A DNA stretch of 63,965 nt, counting the filler, from Vicugna vicugna (Eukaryota), in NCBI GenBank assembly GCA_013265495.1. It is 74 parts of 74 records of this genome, joined end to end, with 100 filler letters (N's around TTAATTAATTAA, not from the genome) between each part and the next. Parts side by side here need not be neighbours in the genome. Positions count along the whole stretch, not along the records: positions 1 to 759 come from MU062654.1; positions 860 to 1,784 come from MU062655.1; positions 1,885 to 2,727 come from PNXW01025434.1; positions 2,828 to 3,629 come from MU062656.1; positions 3,730 to 4,422 come from MU062659.1; positions 4,523 to 5,556 come from MU062669.1; positions 5,657 to 6,150 come from PNXW01025513.1; positions 6,251 to 7,329 come from MU062672.1; 66 more parts are not named here. One strand, 5' to 3'. Below the pieces are notes generated by a model. It saw only the letters and a list, made by a program, of their open reading frames with translations. It was not told the origin of the DNA and ran no database searches. The translations under genes and the position numbers were made by a program. This document shows positions 1 to 11,280 of this stretch, piece after piece (position 1 is the stretch's first letter; each line of letters begins with the position of its first letter).

Positions 1-759
1 TTCTTTATTCTGGATTATATATTCTGTATTCTACATTCTATTTTGTGTGTTATACATTCTATATTCTGAAATCTATATTCAGTATTCTTTATTATATATT
101 ATAAATTCTGTGTTCTACATTCTATATTCTAAATTGTATATTCAGTATTCTGTATTCTATATTCGAAATTGTGAGTTCTGCTTTCCATGTTCCAAAATCT
201 GGCTTCAATATTCATTAAGCTATTTTTTTTATTCTGTTTTCTGCATTCTATATTCTACATTATATATTTTGTATTCTATATTCTGCGTTCTACATTCAAT
301 TTTTAAATTGTTTATTAAGTATTCTGTATACTATATTCTAAATTCAGTGTTCTGCAATTCAATGTTCTAAATTCTGGGTTCTATATACTCTATTCTATAT
401 TTTATATTTTGTGTTCTTCNNNNNNNNNNNNNNNNNNNNNNNNNNNNNNNNNNNNNNNNNNNNNNNNNNNNNNNNNNNNNNNNNNNNNNNNNNNNNNNNN
501 NNNNNNNNNNNNNNNNNNNNNNNNNNNNNNNNNNNNNNNNNNNNNNNNNNNNNNNNNNNNNNNNNNNNNNNNNNNNNNNNNNNNNNNNNNNNNNNNNNNN
601 NNNNNNNNNNNNNNNNNNNNNNNNNNNNNNNNNNNNNNNNNNNNNNNNNNNNNNNNNNCATTCTATATAATCTATATTCAGTATTATGTAATCTGTATTC
701 CAAATTCTGTGTTATGTATAGCATGTTCTTTATTCTGGATTCTATATTCTGTATTCTAC
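1..759 (+). repeat. Satellite E: AT-rich degenerate heptamer (TATTCTA/TATTCTG/AATTCTG)
   Basis: Continuous ~7-bp periodicity; the YILYS-type ORFs are by-products. Confidence 0.9.
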
Positions 760-859
760 NNNNNNNNNNNNNNNNNNNNNNNNNNNNNNNNNNNNNNNNN
801 NNNTTAATTAATTAANNNNNNNNNNNNNNNNNNNNNNNNNNNNNNNNNNNNNNNNNNNN
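760..859. other. Artificial contig linker N44-TTAATTAATTAA-N44 (first of ~73 identical linkers)
   Basis: The same 12-mer with 44 N each side recurs at every contig boundary (804-815, 1829-1840, 2772-2783 ... 63689-63700) and gives stops in all six frames. Confidence 0.99.
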
Positions 860-1884
860 CTACCCCCTGGAGACCCTCCTGCTCAACAAGATTTGTTGAA
901 CTGTTTCTTAAACGTGTCTCTCCTGTGTCTGTGACCGCGTCGTCTTCCAGAGAGCGCACTCTGTCTCAGTCTCATCAGTGATTCATCCGACCTCCTTCTA
1001 ACGGCTTCCGCTGATCCTGTCTCTCCACACTAGCAGCGGTCTCACCAGTCTTACTCAGCTTGGGGAAACTTGTCCTCCTCAACCTCCCTACATGAACTCA
1101 AATCCTCACCTTGCCTTGACACTCCTGCTCCCTCCGGCCCCTCTTTCTTCAGCAGCATCACTTCCCACAACCCCCTTGAACAAATCCTCCCTGGACGCAG
1201 GCTGCCCCTCCTGACCCCAGCCCTGCACCTGCGCCTTGTAGAGCTTCCTGGGCTTTTTCCCTAAGCACTGCTCTCAGCCTCATGTGCCCTTCCCATTTCC
1301 TCCAGGCAGAGTTTCTTCGTCATTAATCACTGCATTTTAGGATACTTAATAAGATTTATTGATAATTCACATGGTCTGAAGGGTAACATCTCTGAAATTA
1401 AAAACTTTACTCTGTGAAACAATGAACAAAACCAGTAAACCCACCCTCAAAGGCTATTTTGAATCACAGACTTAAAGTATTTTAAAATATCACATCTTAA
1501 TTTCATCATTTAGTTTTATCTCTCTTTTCCCAACTAATGGCTTTTATTAAACTACGCTCAATATTCTCTGCATTTGCATGGGAAAAGGCAAAATACTTTA
1601 TCAAACATCACAAGGAATGCCCATTAGCATTACTTAGGAAAGTAGGGAAAAGCCTCCAATGAAATCTGAAGTTGTCCTTAAAGATCAAGTGCTTGTGCTG
1701 TGCCTACAGTATTTCTCCCTGTTCAGGGCGGATGGGGCTAAAGAGCAGGTCCCCTGCGGCCCTACTGCCGGAGTCACAGCTGTCNNNNNNNNNNNNNNNN
1801 NNNNNNNNNNNNNNNNNNNNNNNNNNNNTTAATTAATTAANNNNNNNNNNNNNNNNNNNNNNNNNNNNNNNNNNNNNNNNNNNN

Positions 1885-2727
1885 GTGTGACCCCATTCAT
1901 CTACTTGGATTTTGGCTCCACATCTACCCACCACAAAATTTTGGGTTCCGGAATCCTGAGCTTTGGGACGTTCTTCCAACTGTCAGCAGCGCTTGTGTTC
2001 TTGAATCCCTTAACTTGCCTTCCCTGATGGTTTGCCTATGCTGGAGTGCAGGGGAATGTGGGGTTTCGTCTCTAATACCAAGTATTAGCCAATGCATCTA
2101 CATGTGAAATTGAGAAATTTTAACTACAACCAGCAACGTAGGAATACTTATGCCACCTGATAGATGCCTGGACTCTCTTTCCCCACTTCCAGCACACAAA
2201 CGAGGAATTGTTCTTTTTCCTGAATGTGGGGAGTTTCCTCCAAATGACAGCAGCACCGGAGGTCTAATATAATCCGTTAGCTTGACTTCTTTGAGTGTTT
2301 ACCTAGGCCGGGCTGTGAGCAACATAAAAACAAGGATTAGCAAGTGCCCTTCTATGGGCAGTGGAGGTGTTTAAACCAAATCCCCAACTTTGGAACACCT
2401 GTGCCCCCATAAAATGCGTGGAATATCTTTCCCACCTCCAGAACACACACGAAGACTTTCAGATATCCTTAGTGTGGGTGGGCTCCTCAAAATGGCAGCA
2501 GCGCCTGGGTTCTAATAGAATTCCTTAGCTTGTCTTCCCTGATGGCATTCCTAGGCTGGAGTGTGGGAGTTAGTGGGGTTTGGGCTTGAAGTCCAAGTAG
2601 CAACGAGTGCCCCGTGATTTACTGGGGATGTACTTAGATGATTTCAACCTAAATTGGAACACCTGTGCCCCCATTAAACTGTGTGGACTGGGTCTCCACA
2701 ACTCTCCCCCACACAAGGCTGGGATCC
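1885..2727 (+). repeat. Satellite B (diverged ~262-265-bp monomers related to A)
   Basis: Recurrent motifs GGAACACCTGTG, CCTGAGTGTGGGGAG, TGACAGCAGC; collinear with 17990-18820. Confidence 0.85.
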
Positions 2728-2827
2728 NNNNNNNNNNNNNNNNNNNNNNNNNNNNNNNNNNNNNNNNNNNNTTAATTAATTAANNNNNNNNNNNNNNNNN
2801 NNNNNNNNNNNNNNNNNNNNNNNNNNN

Positions 2828-2896
2828 GGAATTTCCTGAACCAGTTTGTCCAACTTTAGGAGACACAACTTGAATTTCTGAAGAAATATGTGGCAT
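2828..2896 (-). CDS. HSFY: HSFY-like gene, first 23 codons (contig ends; status unknown)
   Basis: Minus-strand ATG at 2896 reads MPHISSEIQVVSPKVGQTGSGNS, matching the HSFY N-terminus (MAHVSSETQDVSPK); ~230 bp upstream is homologous to 52110-52336. Confidence 0.8.
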
Positions 2897-3028
2897 CTCA
2901 AATAAATTTTTCTACAGCTACTTTTCTAATCTGCATGGTTTTGAGCACTGCAGCTTCAAATGCTGCTTTGGCAGGGCTGCACAGGTAAACTGCTAGGCCT
3001 TCGCCATGGTTCTCAACTTGAGTAGCTG

Positions 3029-3036
3029 TGACATCA
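3029..3036 (-). promoter_or_regulatory. CRE-like site TGATGTCA ~135 bp upstream of HSFY ATG
   Basis: One mismatch from TGACGTCA; conserved in the second HSFY copy at 52197-52204. Function is inferred only. Confidence 0.3.
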
Positions 3037-3729
3037 CAAAACGACTGGTCTCCCAGCAACTCAAGTGTAACATTCAGCCAGTGTTTATTTCTCATTCATC
3101 CAGTTAAAATGATACAGATAGGATGCTTATTTTTATACTGCAAATATTATCCAACAATATCTTTTTAAATAATTTAATTTTGGGGTCTATAAAATAAAAC
3201 CAATCTCCAAACTTTTGTACATAAATTTATACCAGATTTGTAAACAGAGTACAAATAATGCACATAATATATAAAATAATTTTAAAGTTTTGGAATTTAA
3301 AGTGAAATTTGTGTAAAACCTGTACAGAAAATATATATCAATTTCAAAATCATTTGTAATTAAAGTGAAACATAATTTGATTTGGAAATGGAAGTAGGTA
3401 TTTATCTGTGTACTTTATAATAAGTAGCTCTATATTCATAACATGAGCAGAATAAATATAAGTTTATTTGTTTTGTATAAAAATAAATGGTAAGTAATAA
3501 TTAAAATTAGAAAAAATCTTATTGTATATTTACCAATGTTTATCTTTGACTTTCTTTCACTCAGAGGTTTTTCAGTCCCTAGAAGGAATAAATTTTCTTG
3601 TCATCTTTATAATCCATAACCTAACCTTGNNNNNNNNNNNNNNNNNNNNNNNNNNNNNNNNNNNNNNNNNNNNTTAATTAATTAANNNNNNNNNNNNNNN
3701 NNNNNNNNNNNNNNNNNNNNNNNNNNNNN

Positions 3730-4422
3730 GTGGGGAGGTTCCACAAACGGTCGGCAGCGCGTGGGTTCCAACGGGATGCCTGAGCTCGATTCCCTGAGGG
3801 TTTCCCTAAATTCTCTGTGCCAGGGAATGATAGGGGGGCTTGCGGGATATCCCAGTGGCAGAGGATGTCTCCCCAAGGTCAGTGAAGGTATTTCTCGGAC
3901 TTCCCCGAACAGGGAACACCTTGGAATGAAGAGAGATGCGTGAGTTTGTCTCTCGAGCTCCCCCACGCACTGACAATGGTTCCAGAATCCTGAGCGTGGG
4001 GAGGTTCCACCAACGGTCGGCAGCGCGTGGGTTCTAACGGGATGCCTGAGCTCGTCTCCCCTGAGGGTTTTCCTAATGTCTCTGTGCCAGGGAATGCTAG
4101 NNNNNNNNNNNNNNNNNNNNNNNNNNNNNNNNNNNNNNNNNNNNNNNNNNNNNNNNNNNNNNNNNNNNNNNNNNNNNNNNNNNNNNNNNNNNNGAAGAGA
4201 GCTGCGTGGAGTTGTCTCTCGAGCTCCCCCATGCACTGACAATGTTTCCAGAATCCTGAGCGTGGGGAGGTTCCACCAACTGTCGGCAGCGCGTGGGATT
4301 TAACGGGATGCCTTAGCTCGTCTACCCTGAGTGTTTTCCTAATGTCTATGTGCCAGGGTATGCTAGGGGGGGTTTGGAGGAAATCCCAGTGAGAGAGGCT
4401 GCCTCCCCAAGGTCAGGGAAGG
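3730..4422 (+). repeat. Satellite A (267-bp monomer)
   Basis: Tandem copies of GTGGGGAGGTTCCACCAACGGTCGGCAGCGCGTGGGTTC. Confidence 0.95.
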
Positions 4423-4522
4423 NNNNNNNNNNNNNNNNNNNNNNNNNNNNNNNNNNNNNNNNNNNNTTAATTAATTAANNNNNNNNNNNNNNNNNNNNNN
4501 NNNNNNNNNNNNNNNNNNNNNN

Positions 4523-5556
4523 AACCTCTCATATTTCCTTGTTATTCTCACATTACAGATAAGGAGAATTAGGATTAAGTCTTCTCTCTTTTGGGGGGAG
4601 CTTATTATCAATGACTTGAAGTTGTAAGGAAAAAGATGTTGATTCATCTTGAGAAAACATTTTTCTGAGAGTCAGCATTGAAGAGGGTGACCACTGAAGA
4701 GGGTGATCATTGTTTGAGTGAGACGAGCCCCGGGTTGTACAGAGTCAGCATCCCTGTCCTGGACATGGCACGTGTAGGGCTGAGTGGTGGGTGAGGCGGT
4801 GCGGCTGCACAGGGAACGCGGATGCCGGGCCATTGGGCTGTACTCAGGCCTGGTGGGGCTTTCTCCTAAGGACAGTGGACCGTCATTGACAGATTTTAAC
4901 TAGGGGAGTGGGGTGCTCTCGTAGTTCACTTTTGTCTTGTAGAATGCTTAGAAACATTTAGAAGGCTCAGCAGGAGGTGATGTGCTGAGTCAGAGTAGGG
5001 TGGCTGCAAGGTGTAGCAGTGTTCAATTTTCAAGTGNNNNNNNNNNNNNNNNNNNNNNNNNNNNNNNNNNNNNNNNNNNNNNNNNNNNNNNNNNNNNNNN
5101 NNNNNNNNNNNNNNNNNNNNNNNNNNNNNNNNNNNNNNNNNNNNNNNNNNNNNNNNNNNNNNNNNNNNNNNNNNNNNNNNNNNNNNNNNNNNNNNNNNNN
5201 NNNNNNNNNNNNNNNNNNNNNNNNNNNNNNNNNNNNNNNNNNNNNNNNNNNNNNNNNNNNNNNNNNNNNNNNNNNNNNNNNNNNNNNNNNNNNNNNNNNN
5301 NNNNNNNNNNNNNNNNNNNNNNNNNNNNNNNNNNNNNNNNNNNNNNNNNNNNNNNNNNNNNNNNNNNNNNNNNNNNNNNNNNNNNNNNNNNNNNNNNNNN
5401 NNNNNNNNNNNNNNNNNNNNNNNNNNNNNNNNNNNNNNNNNNNNNNNNNNNNNNNNNNNNNNNNNNNNNTCTGGGGCCGTGCATTTTCCTATAATCTCAA
5501 TTCCTGAGGATGCCGAGGTATTGATCACTGAACGTGAAGTCATACTTTACAGGACA
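4523..5556 (+). repeat. Low-copy duplicated segment F
   Basis: 4523-5036 matches 43717-44243 and 5470-5556 matches ~27016-27101, with scattered substitutions. Confidence 0.85.
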
Positions 5557-5656
5557 NNNNNNNNNNNNNNNNNNNNNNNNNNNNNNNNNNNNNNNNNNNN
5601 TTAATTAATTAANNNNNNNNNNNNNNNNNNNNNNNNNNNNNNNNNNNNNNNNNNNN

Positions 5657-5803
5657 AAAAGCACAAACACATCAAGTTACTAGGGAGACCGGTGAAACAT
5701 ACTAATAGTTCTTTTCAAAAATTCTAATTGAACAATGAAATCTCAAGAAAGGCAAAATCCTAATTGGCAGCCAACTGCAAACATATGGACAGCAAAGGCC
5801 TAG
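5657..5803 (+). repeat. Low-copy duplicated segment G
   Basis: AAAAGCACAAACACATCAAGTT... matches 19266-19412. Confidence 0.8.
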
Positions 5804-6250
5804 AAATCACAGCTCCTTTAACTCTGCTACTAACTCAATAGGAGAGGAAATTCCTCACTGAGGGGACAGTGGAATCCCATGCATAAGACAGGATACACAG
5901 TACAAACTGCAGTATTAGGGGAGTGAATTTCTTAGGAGAATTCTAAAATTACAACATTGCTGAAAAACTATAAAAACACTGTCAGACAGATTAAAACATA
6001 CAGTCATATATATTATATAGAAACATATGAAGCCTGCTCTCATGTTGCATAAAAATACAAACATATTTGTTCATTTATTTAATTTAATTTTAATTTAATT
6101 TAATTGTTCATTGTTAATTTATCCCAGTTGGAATATTTCAACTAAAACAANNNNNNNNNNNNNNNNNNNNNNNNNNNNNNNNNNNNNNNNNNNNTTAATT
6201 AATTAANNNNNNNNNNNNNNNNNNNNNNNNNNNNNNNNNNNNNNNNNNNN

Positions 6251-7329
6251 AGTTATTTCCCGGACTTCCCCGTACAGGGAAATCCTGTGACTGAATAGAG
6301 TTGCATGGAGTTGTCTGTCGAGGTCCCCCACGCACTGACAATGGTTCCGGAATCCTGAGCGTGGGGAGGTTCCACCAACGGTCGGCAGCGCGTGGGTTCT
6401 AACGGAATGCCAAAGCTCATCTCCCCTGACGTTTTTCCTAATGTCTCTGTGCAAGGGAATGCTAGGGGTGATTGCAGGATATCCCAGTGNNNNNNNNNNN
6501 NNNNNNNNNNNNNNNNNNNNNNNNNNNNNNNNNNNNNNNNNNNNNNNNNNNNNNNNNNNNNNNNNNNNNNNNNNNNNNNNNNNNNNNNNNNNNNNNNNNN
6601 NNNNNNNNNNNNNNNNNNNNNNNNNNNNNNNNNNNNNNNNNNNNNNNNNNNNNNNNNNNNNNNNNNNNNNNNNNNNNNNNNNNNNNNNNNNNNNNNNNNN
6701 NNNNNNNNNNNNNNNNNNNNNNNNNNNNNNNNNNNNNNNNNNNNNNNNNNNNNNNNNNNNNNNNNNNNNNNNNNNNNNNNNNNNNNNNNNNNNNNNNNNN
6801 NNNNNNNNNNNNNNNNNNNNNNNNNNNNNNNNNNNNNNNNNNNNNNNNNNNNNNNNNNNNNNNNNNNNNNNNNNNNNNNNNNNNNNNNNNNNNNNNNNNN
6901 NNNNNNNNNNNNNNNNNNNNNNNNNNNNNNNNNNNNNNNNNNNNNNNNNNNNNNNNNNNNNNNNNNNNNNNNNNNNNNNNNNNNNNNNNNNNNNNNNNNN
7001 NNNNNNNNNNNNNNNNNNNNNNNNNNNNNNNNNNNNNNNNNNNNNNNNNNNNNNNNNNNNNNNNNNNNNNNNNNNNNNNNNNNNNNNNNNNNNNNNNNNN
7101 NNNNNNNNNNNNNNNNNNNNNNNNNNNNNNNNNNNNNNNNNNNNNNNNNNNNNNNNNNNNNNNNNNNNNNNNNNNNNNNNNNNNNNNNNNNNNNNNNNNN
7201 NNNNNNNNNNNNNNNNNNNNNNNNNNNNNNNNNNNNNNNNNNNNNNNNNNNNNNNNNNNNNNNNNNNNNNNNNNNNNNNACAGTATATCCCAGTGACATA
7301 CGCTGCCTCCCTAAGTTCAGGGAAGTTAT
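6251..7329 (+). repeat. Satellite A (gapped)
   Basis: Same 267-bp monomer on both sides of the gap. Confidence 0.95.
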
Positions 7330-8466
7330 NNNNNNNNNNNNNNNNNNNNNNNNNNNNNNNNNNNNNNNNNNNNTTAATTAATTAANNNNNNNNNNNNNNN
7401 NNNNNNNNNNNNNNNNNNNNNNNNNNNNNGTCCTCATCAACAGACATGTATTAAAGACAAATGGAAACATATGAAAGGCCAATATCCTTGCTGGGTACAC
7501 CGTCCAAAGAGCAAAGTCTCAGTTTGACAACTGGCCATCTCGGTTCCCTGGAATTCATTCTTGGAGAACCTTAAAAACCACTCTTCTGTCCTCAAGAAGT
7601 GCTGCATATTTGTCCTATCTTTGGCTCAGGGATGGAGCACGTTCAAGTGAACTTTAATGTCTGCACAGATTTGACTGTCTTTCTCCAGGTTCATTTGTCC
7701 ATTCCAAAGAGGCCTGAGCTAAGTNNNNNNNNNNNNNNNNNNNNNNNNNNNNNNNNNNNNNNNNNNNNNNNNNNNNNNNNNNNNNNNNNNNNNNNNNNNN
7801 NNNNNNNNNNNNNNNNNNNNNNNNNNNNNNNNNNNNNNNNNNNNNNNNNNNNNNNNNNNNNNNNNNNNNNNNNNNNNNNNNNNNNNNNNNNNNNNNNNNN
7901 NNNNNNNNNNNNNNNNNNNNNNNNNNNNNNNNNNNNNNNNNNNNNNNNNNNNNNNNNNNNNNNNNNNNNNNNNNNNNNNNNNNNNNNNNNNNNNNNNNNN
8001 NNNNNNNNNNNNNNNNNNNNNNNNNNNGTTATTTGAAGAGACCTTGGAAGAGAGGTGTTTGCTGTCCAGTATCTTGATCCACAAGACTCTGGAGGCCTTT
8101 TTCGGAATGGCTGTTCACTGATTCATTCAAAACACAACATATTAATCAAGGAATAGCTGTACTTTTCTGCTAGGAGATTGTGGTCACTTTCATGCCAGAA
8201 CAGCTTTAAACTAAATCCTTACTTTGGATTTGTTATTTTTCCCCTCTTCCAACAAAATTGACTTTCCTTACTTTCTTGCCTTGAGGAATTTTTTTTTTTC
8301 CTATTTCACACTTTAGTAAATCAAGATTCTCAGGATGGGCTTGGCCCATAATATGATCCCCCATCCNNNNNNNNNNNNNNNNNNNNNNNNNNNNNNNNNN
8401 NNNNNNNNNNTTAATTAATTAANNNNNNNNNNNNNNNNNNNNNNNNNNNNNNNNNNNNNNNNNNNN

Positions 8467-9555
8467 AGAGCTGCGTGAAGTTGTCTCTCGAGCTCCCCCA
8501 CGCTCTGACAACGGTTACGAAATCCTGACCGTGGGGAGGTTCCACCAACGGTCGGCAGCCCATGGGTTCTAACGGAAAGCCTAAGCTCGTCTTCCCTGAG
8601 GATTTTCCGAATGTCTCTGTGCCAGGGAATGCTAGAGGGGTTTGCAGGATATCCCAGTGACAGAGGCTGCCTCCCCAAGGTCAGGGAATGTTCTTCTCGG
8701 ACTTCCCCGAACAGGGAACACCTGTGAGTGAAGAGAGCTGCGTGAAGTTGTCTCTCGAGCTCCCCCACGCTCTGACAACGGTTACGAAATCCTGACCGTG
8801 GGGAGGTTCCACCAACGGTCGGCAGCGCGTGGGTTATAACCGAAAGCCTAAGCTCGTCTTCCCTGAGGATTTTCCGAATGTCTCTGTGCCAGGGAATGCT
8901 GGGGGGGTTTGCAGGATATCCCAGTGACAGAGGCTGCCTCCCCAAGGTCAGGGAAGGTATTTCTCGGACTTCCCCGAACAGGGAACACCTGTGACTGANN
9001 NNNNNNNNNNNNNNNNNNNNNNNNNNNNNNNNNNNNNNNNNNNNNNNNNNNNNNNNNNNNNNNNNNNNNNNNNNNNNNNNNNNNNNNNNNNNNNNNNNNN
9101 NNNNNNNNNNNNNNNNNNNNNNNNNNNNNNNNNNNNNNNNNNNNNNNNNNNNNNNNNNNNNNNNNNNNNNNNNNNNNNNNNNNNNNNNNNNNNNNNNNNN
9201 NNNNNNNNNNNNNNNNNNNNNNNNNNNNNNNNNNNNNNNNNNNNNNNNNNNNNNNNNNNNNNNNNNNNNNNNNNNNNNNNNNNNNNNNNNNNNNNNNNNN
9301 NNNNNNNNNNNNNNNNNNNNNNNNNNNNNNNNNNNNNNNNNNNNNNNNNNNNNNNNNNNNNNNNNNNNNNNNNNNNNNNNNNNNNNNNNNNNNNNNNNNN
9401 NNNNNNNNNNNNNNNNNNNNNNNNNNNNNNNNNNNNNNNNNNNNNNNNNNNNNNNNNNNNNNNNNNNNNNNNNNNNNNNNNNNNNNNNNNNNNTACTTCC
9501 CCGAAAAGGAAACACTTGTGACTGAAGAGAGATGCGTGGAGTTTTCTCTCGAGCT
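8467..9555 (+). repeat. Satellite A, two near-identical tandem monomers
   Basis: CTGCGTGAAGTTGTCTCTCGAG at 8471 and 8738 gives a period of 267 bp. Confidence 0.97.
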
Positions 9556-9755
9556 NNNNNNNNNNNNNNNNNNNNNNNNNNNNNNNNNNNNNNNNNNNNT
9601 TAATTAATTAANNNNNNNNNNNNNNNNNNNNNNNNNNNNNNNNNNNNNNNNNNNNCTCCTCTTTACTTAATCATTTTACCTGCAAAAATGTACAAACAAG
9701 AGTTGCTGTGTCTAGACTTGTGTAGTTTTTTTTAACTTAAAATAATTGAAGTATA

Positions 9756-9929
9756 TAAGCAAGTTTATACTGTACAGTACAGGGTACAATATTCAACATC
9801 TTGTAGTAACATGATGAAAAAGAATATGAAAATGAATATATGTTCCTGTATGACTATAGCATTGTGCTCTACACCAGAAATGGACACATTGTCAACTAAC
9901 TGTACTTCCATAAAAATATATATAAAAAT
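9756..9929 (+). mobile_element. 5'-truncated LINE-1 3' end with TSD, nested in an older antisense L1 tail
   Basis: L1 3'UTR motifs (GAAAAAGAATATGAAAATGAATATATG); TTGAAGTATA duplicated at 9746-9755 and 9930-9939. Confidence 0.75.
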
Positions 9930-10506
9930 TTGAAGTATAGCAGATTTACAGTCTTCTATTAGTTTCANNNNNNNNNNNNNNNNNNNNNNNNNNNNNNNNN
10001 NNNNNNTGTAGTGGTTCTCTTAGACTCCTGCCCCACCTGGCCTTTCCTCACCTCTTTCTCCCAATGGTGAACACCAGTTTGCTATGTCTGTGGGTCTGTT
10101 TCTGTTTTGCTAGATATATTCATTTAATTTATTTTNNNNNNNNNNNNNNNNNNNNNNNNNNNNNNNNNNNNNNNNNNNNNNNNNNNNNNNNNNNNNNNNN
10201 NNNNNNNNNNNNNNNNNNNNNNNNNNNNNNNNNNNNNNNNNNNNNNNNNNNNNNNNNNNNNNNNNNNNNNNNNNNNNNNAAATAGCGCTGAGCATTCAGG
10301 TGCATGAACCTTTTTGAATTAGGAGAGTTCTGTCATTTTTGCCTCTGTTCCTTAATAATATCCTCTGATGGCCTTTGGCCTCAGTTTCCAAGCAGAGTCG
10401 AGTCTTNNNNNNNNNNNNNNNNNNNNNNNNNNNNNNNNNNNNNNNNNNNNTTAATTAATTAANNNNNNNNNNNNNNNNNNNNNNNNNNNNNNNNNNNNNN
10501 NNNNNN

Positions 10507-11180
10507 GTGTGATTCTTGATACTGGTGAAAGGAAGAAGAAACGAAGTCTACATAAATATTTCAAAGTGCATAGGTAATTTGTTTGTAGGTTGAAACATCA
10601 GTCATGCGCATGTTGACAACTCAGAAATGCATGTTTGAGGAATCCGTGATGCATGAAACATGTTCGAAATACGGAATGCCATGGTTATGTAAACAATGTA
10701 AATTACATNNNNNNNNNNNNNNNNNNNNNNNNNNNNNNNNNNNNNNNNNNNNNNNNNNNNNNNNNNNNNNNNNNNNNNNNNNNNNNNNNNNNNNNNNNNN
10801 NNNNNNNNNNNNNNNNNNNNNNNNNNNTTGTTTGGTGGATGAAAGTTCCCTAATCCACATGCTCACAACTCAGAAACACATGTTTGTCGAATCCGTCATT
10901 CATGTAACATGTACGGAACCCTGAATGCTATGTTGATGGAATTCATGTAAATTACATATCTATTAGGTGGAAATCTCTCAAGAAGTATTTTTCTGTGAAA
11001 AATGCATGAATAAGAAATTGGAGTTAGGGAAAGGTAGTGAAAACCTATACACGTGTCTAGATGAAAATATTCCTATTATAGAGGATGAAAGATTAGTAAT
11101 CCACATGCTCTCAACTCAGGAATGCATGTTTGTCGAATCCGTCATGTATGTAGCATGTACGGAACACGGAATATCATGTA
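10507..11180 (+). repeat. Satellite D (~757-bp trimer of ~250-bp subunits)
   Basis: AACTCAG...ATGTTTG...GAATCCGT recurs at ~10618, 10867 and 11113. Confidence 0.9.
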
Positions 11181-11280
11181 NNNNNNNNNNNNNNNNNNNN
11201 NNNNNNNNNNNNNNNNNNNNNNNNTTAATTAATTAANNNNNNNNNNNNNNNNNNNNNNNNNNNNNNNNNNNNNNNNNNNN

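Noticed and set aside
47..370. Hydrophobic YILYS-rich ORFs as membrane proteins
   Set aside because: Translations of the heptamer satellite; appear in several frames and contigs.
804..815. Regularly recurring TTAATTAATTAA as a CRISPR-like repeat or biological motif
   Set aside because: Always flanked by exactly 44 N on each side; it is a synthetic six-frame-stop linker.
2898..3095. 65-aa ORF (and 52117-52377) as a separate conserved gene
   Set aside because: It is the shared HSFY upstream region; the two copies differ in start and stop and no protein family is recognisable.
3755..3780. CENP-B box in satellites A, C or D
   Set aside because: Partial matches (CGTTGGAA, TTCGTAATACGG, TTCGTTCA) do not fit TTCGNNNNANNCGGG.
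6253..7385. Long ORFs in the track (also 16683-17878, 61668-62935 and others)
   Set aside because: Made almost entirely of X from N runs.
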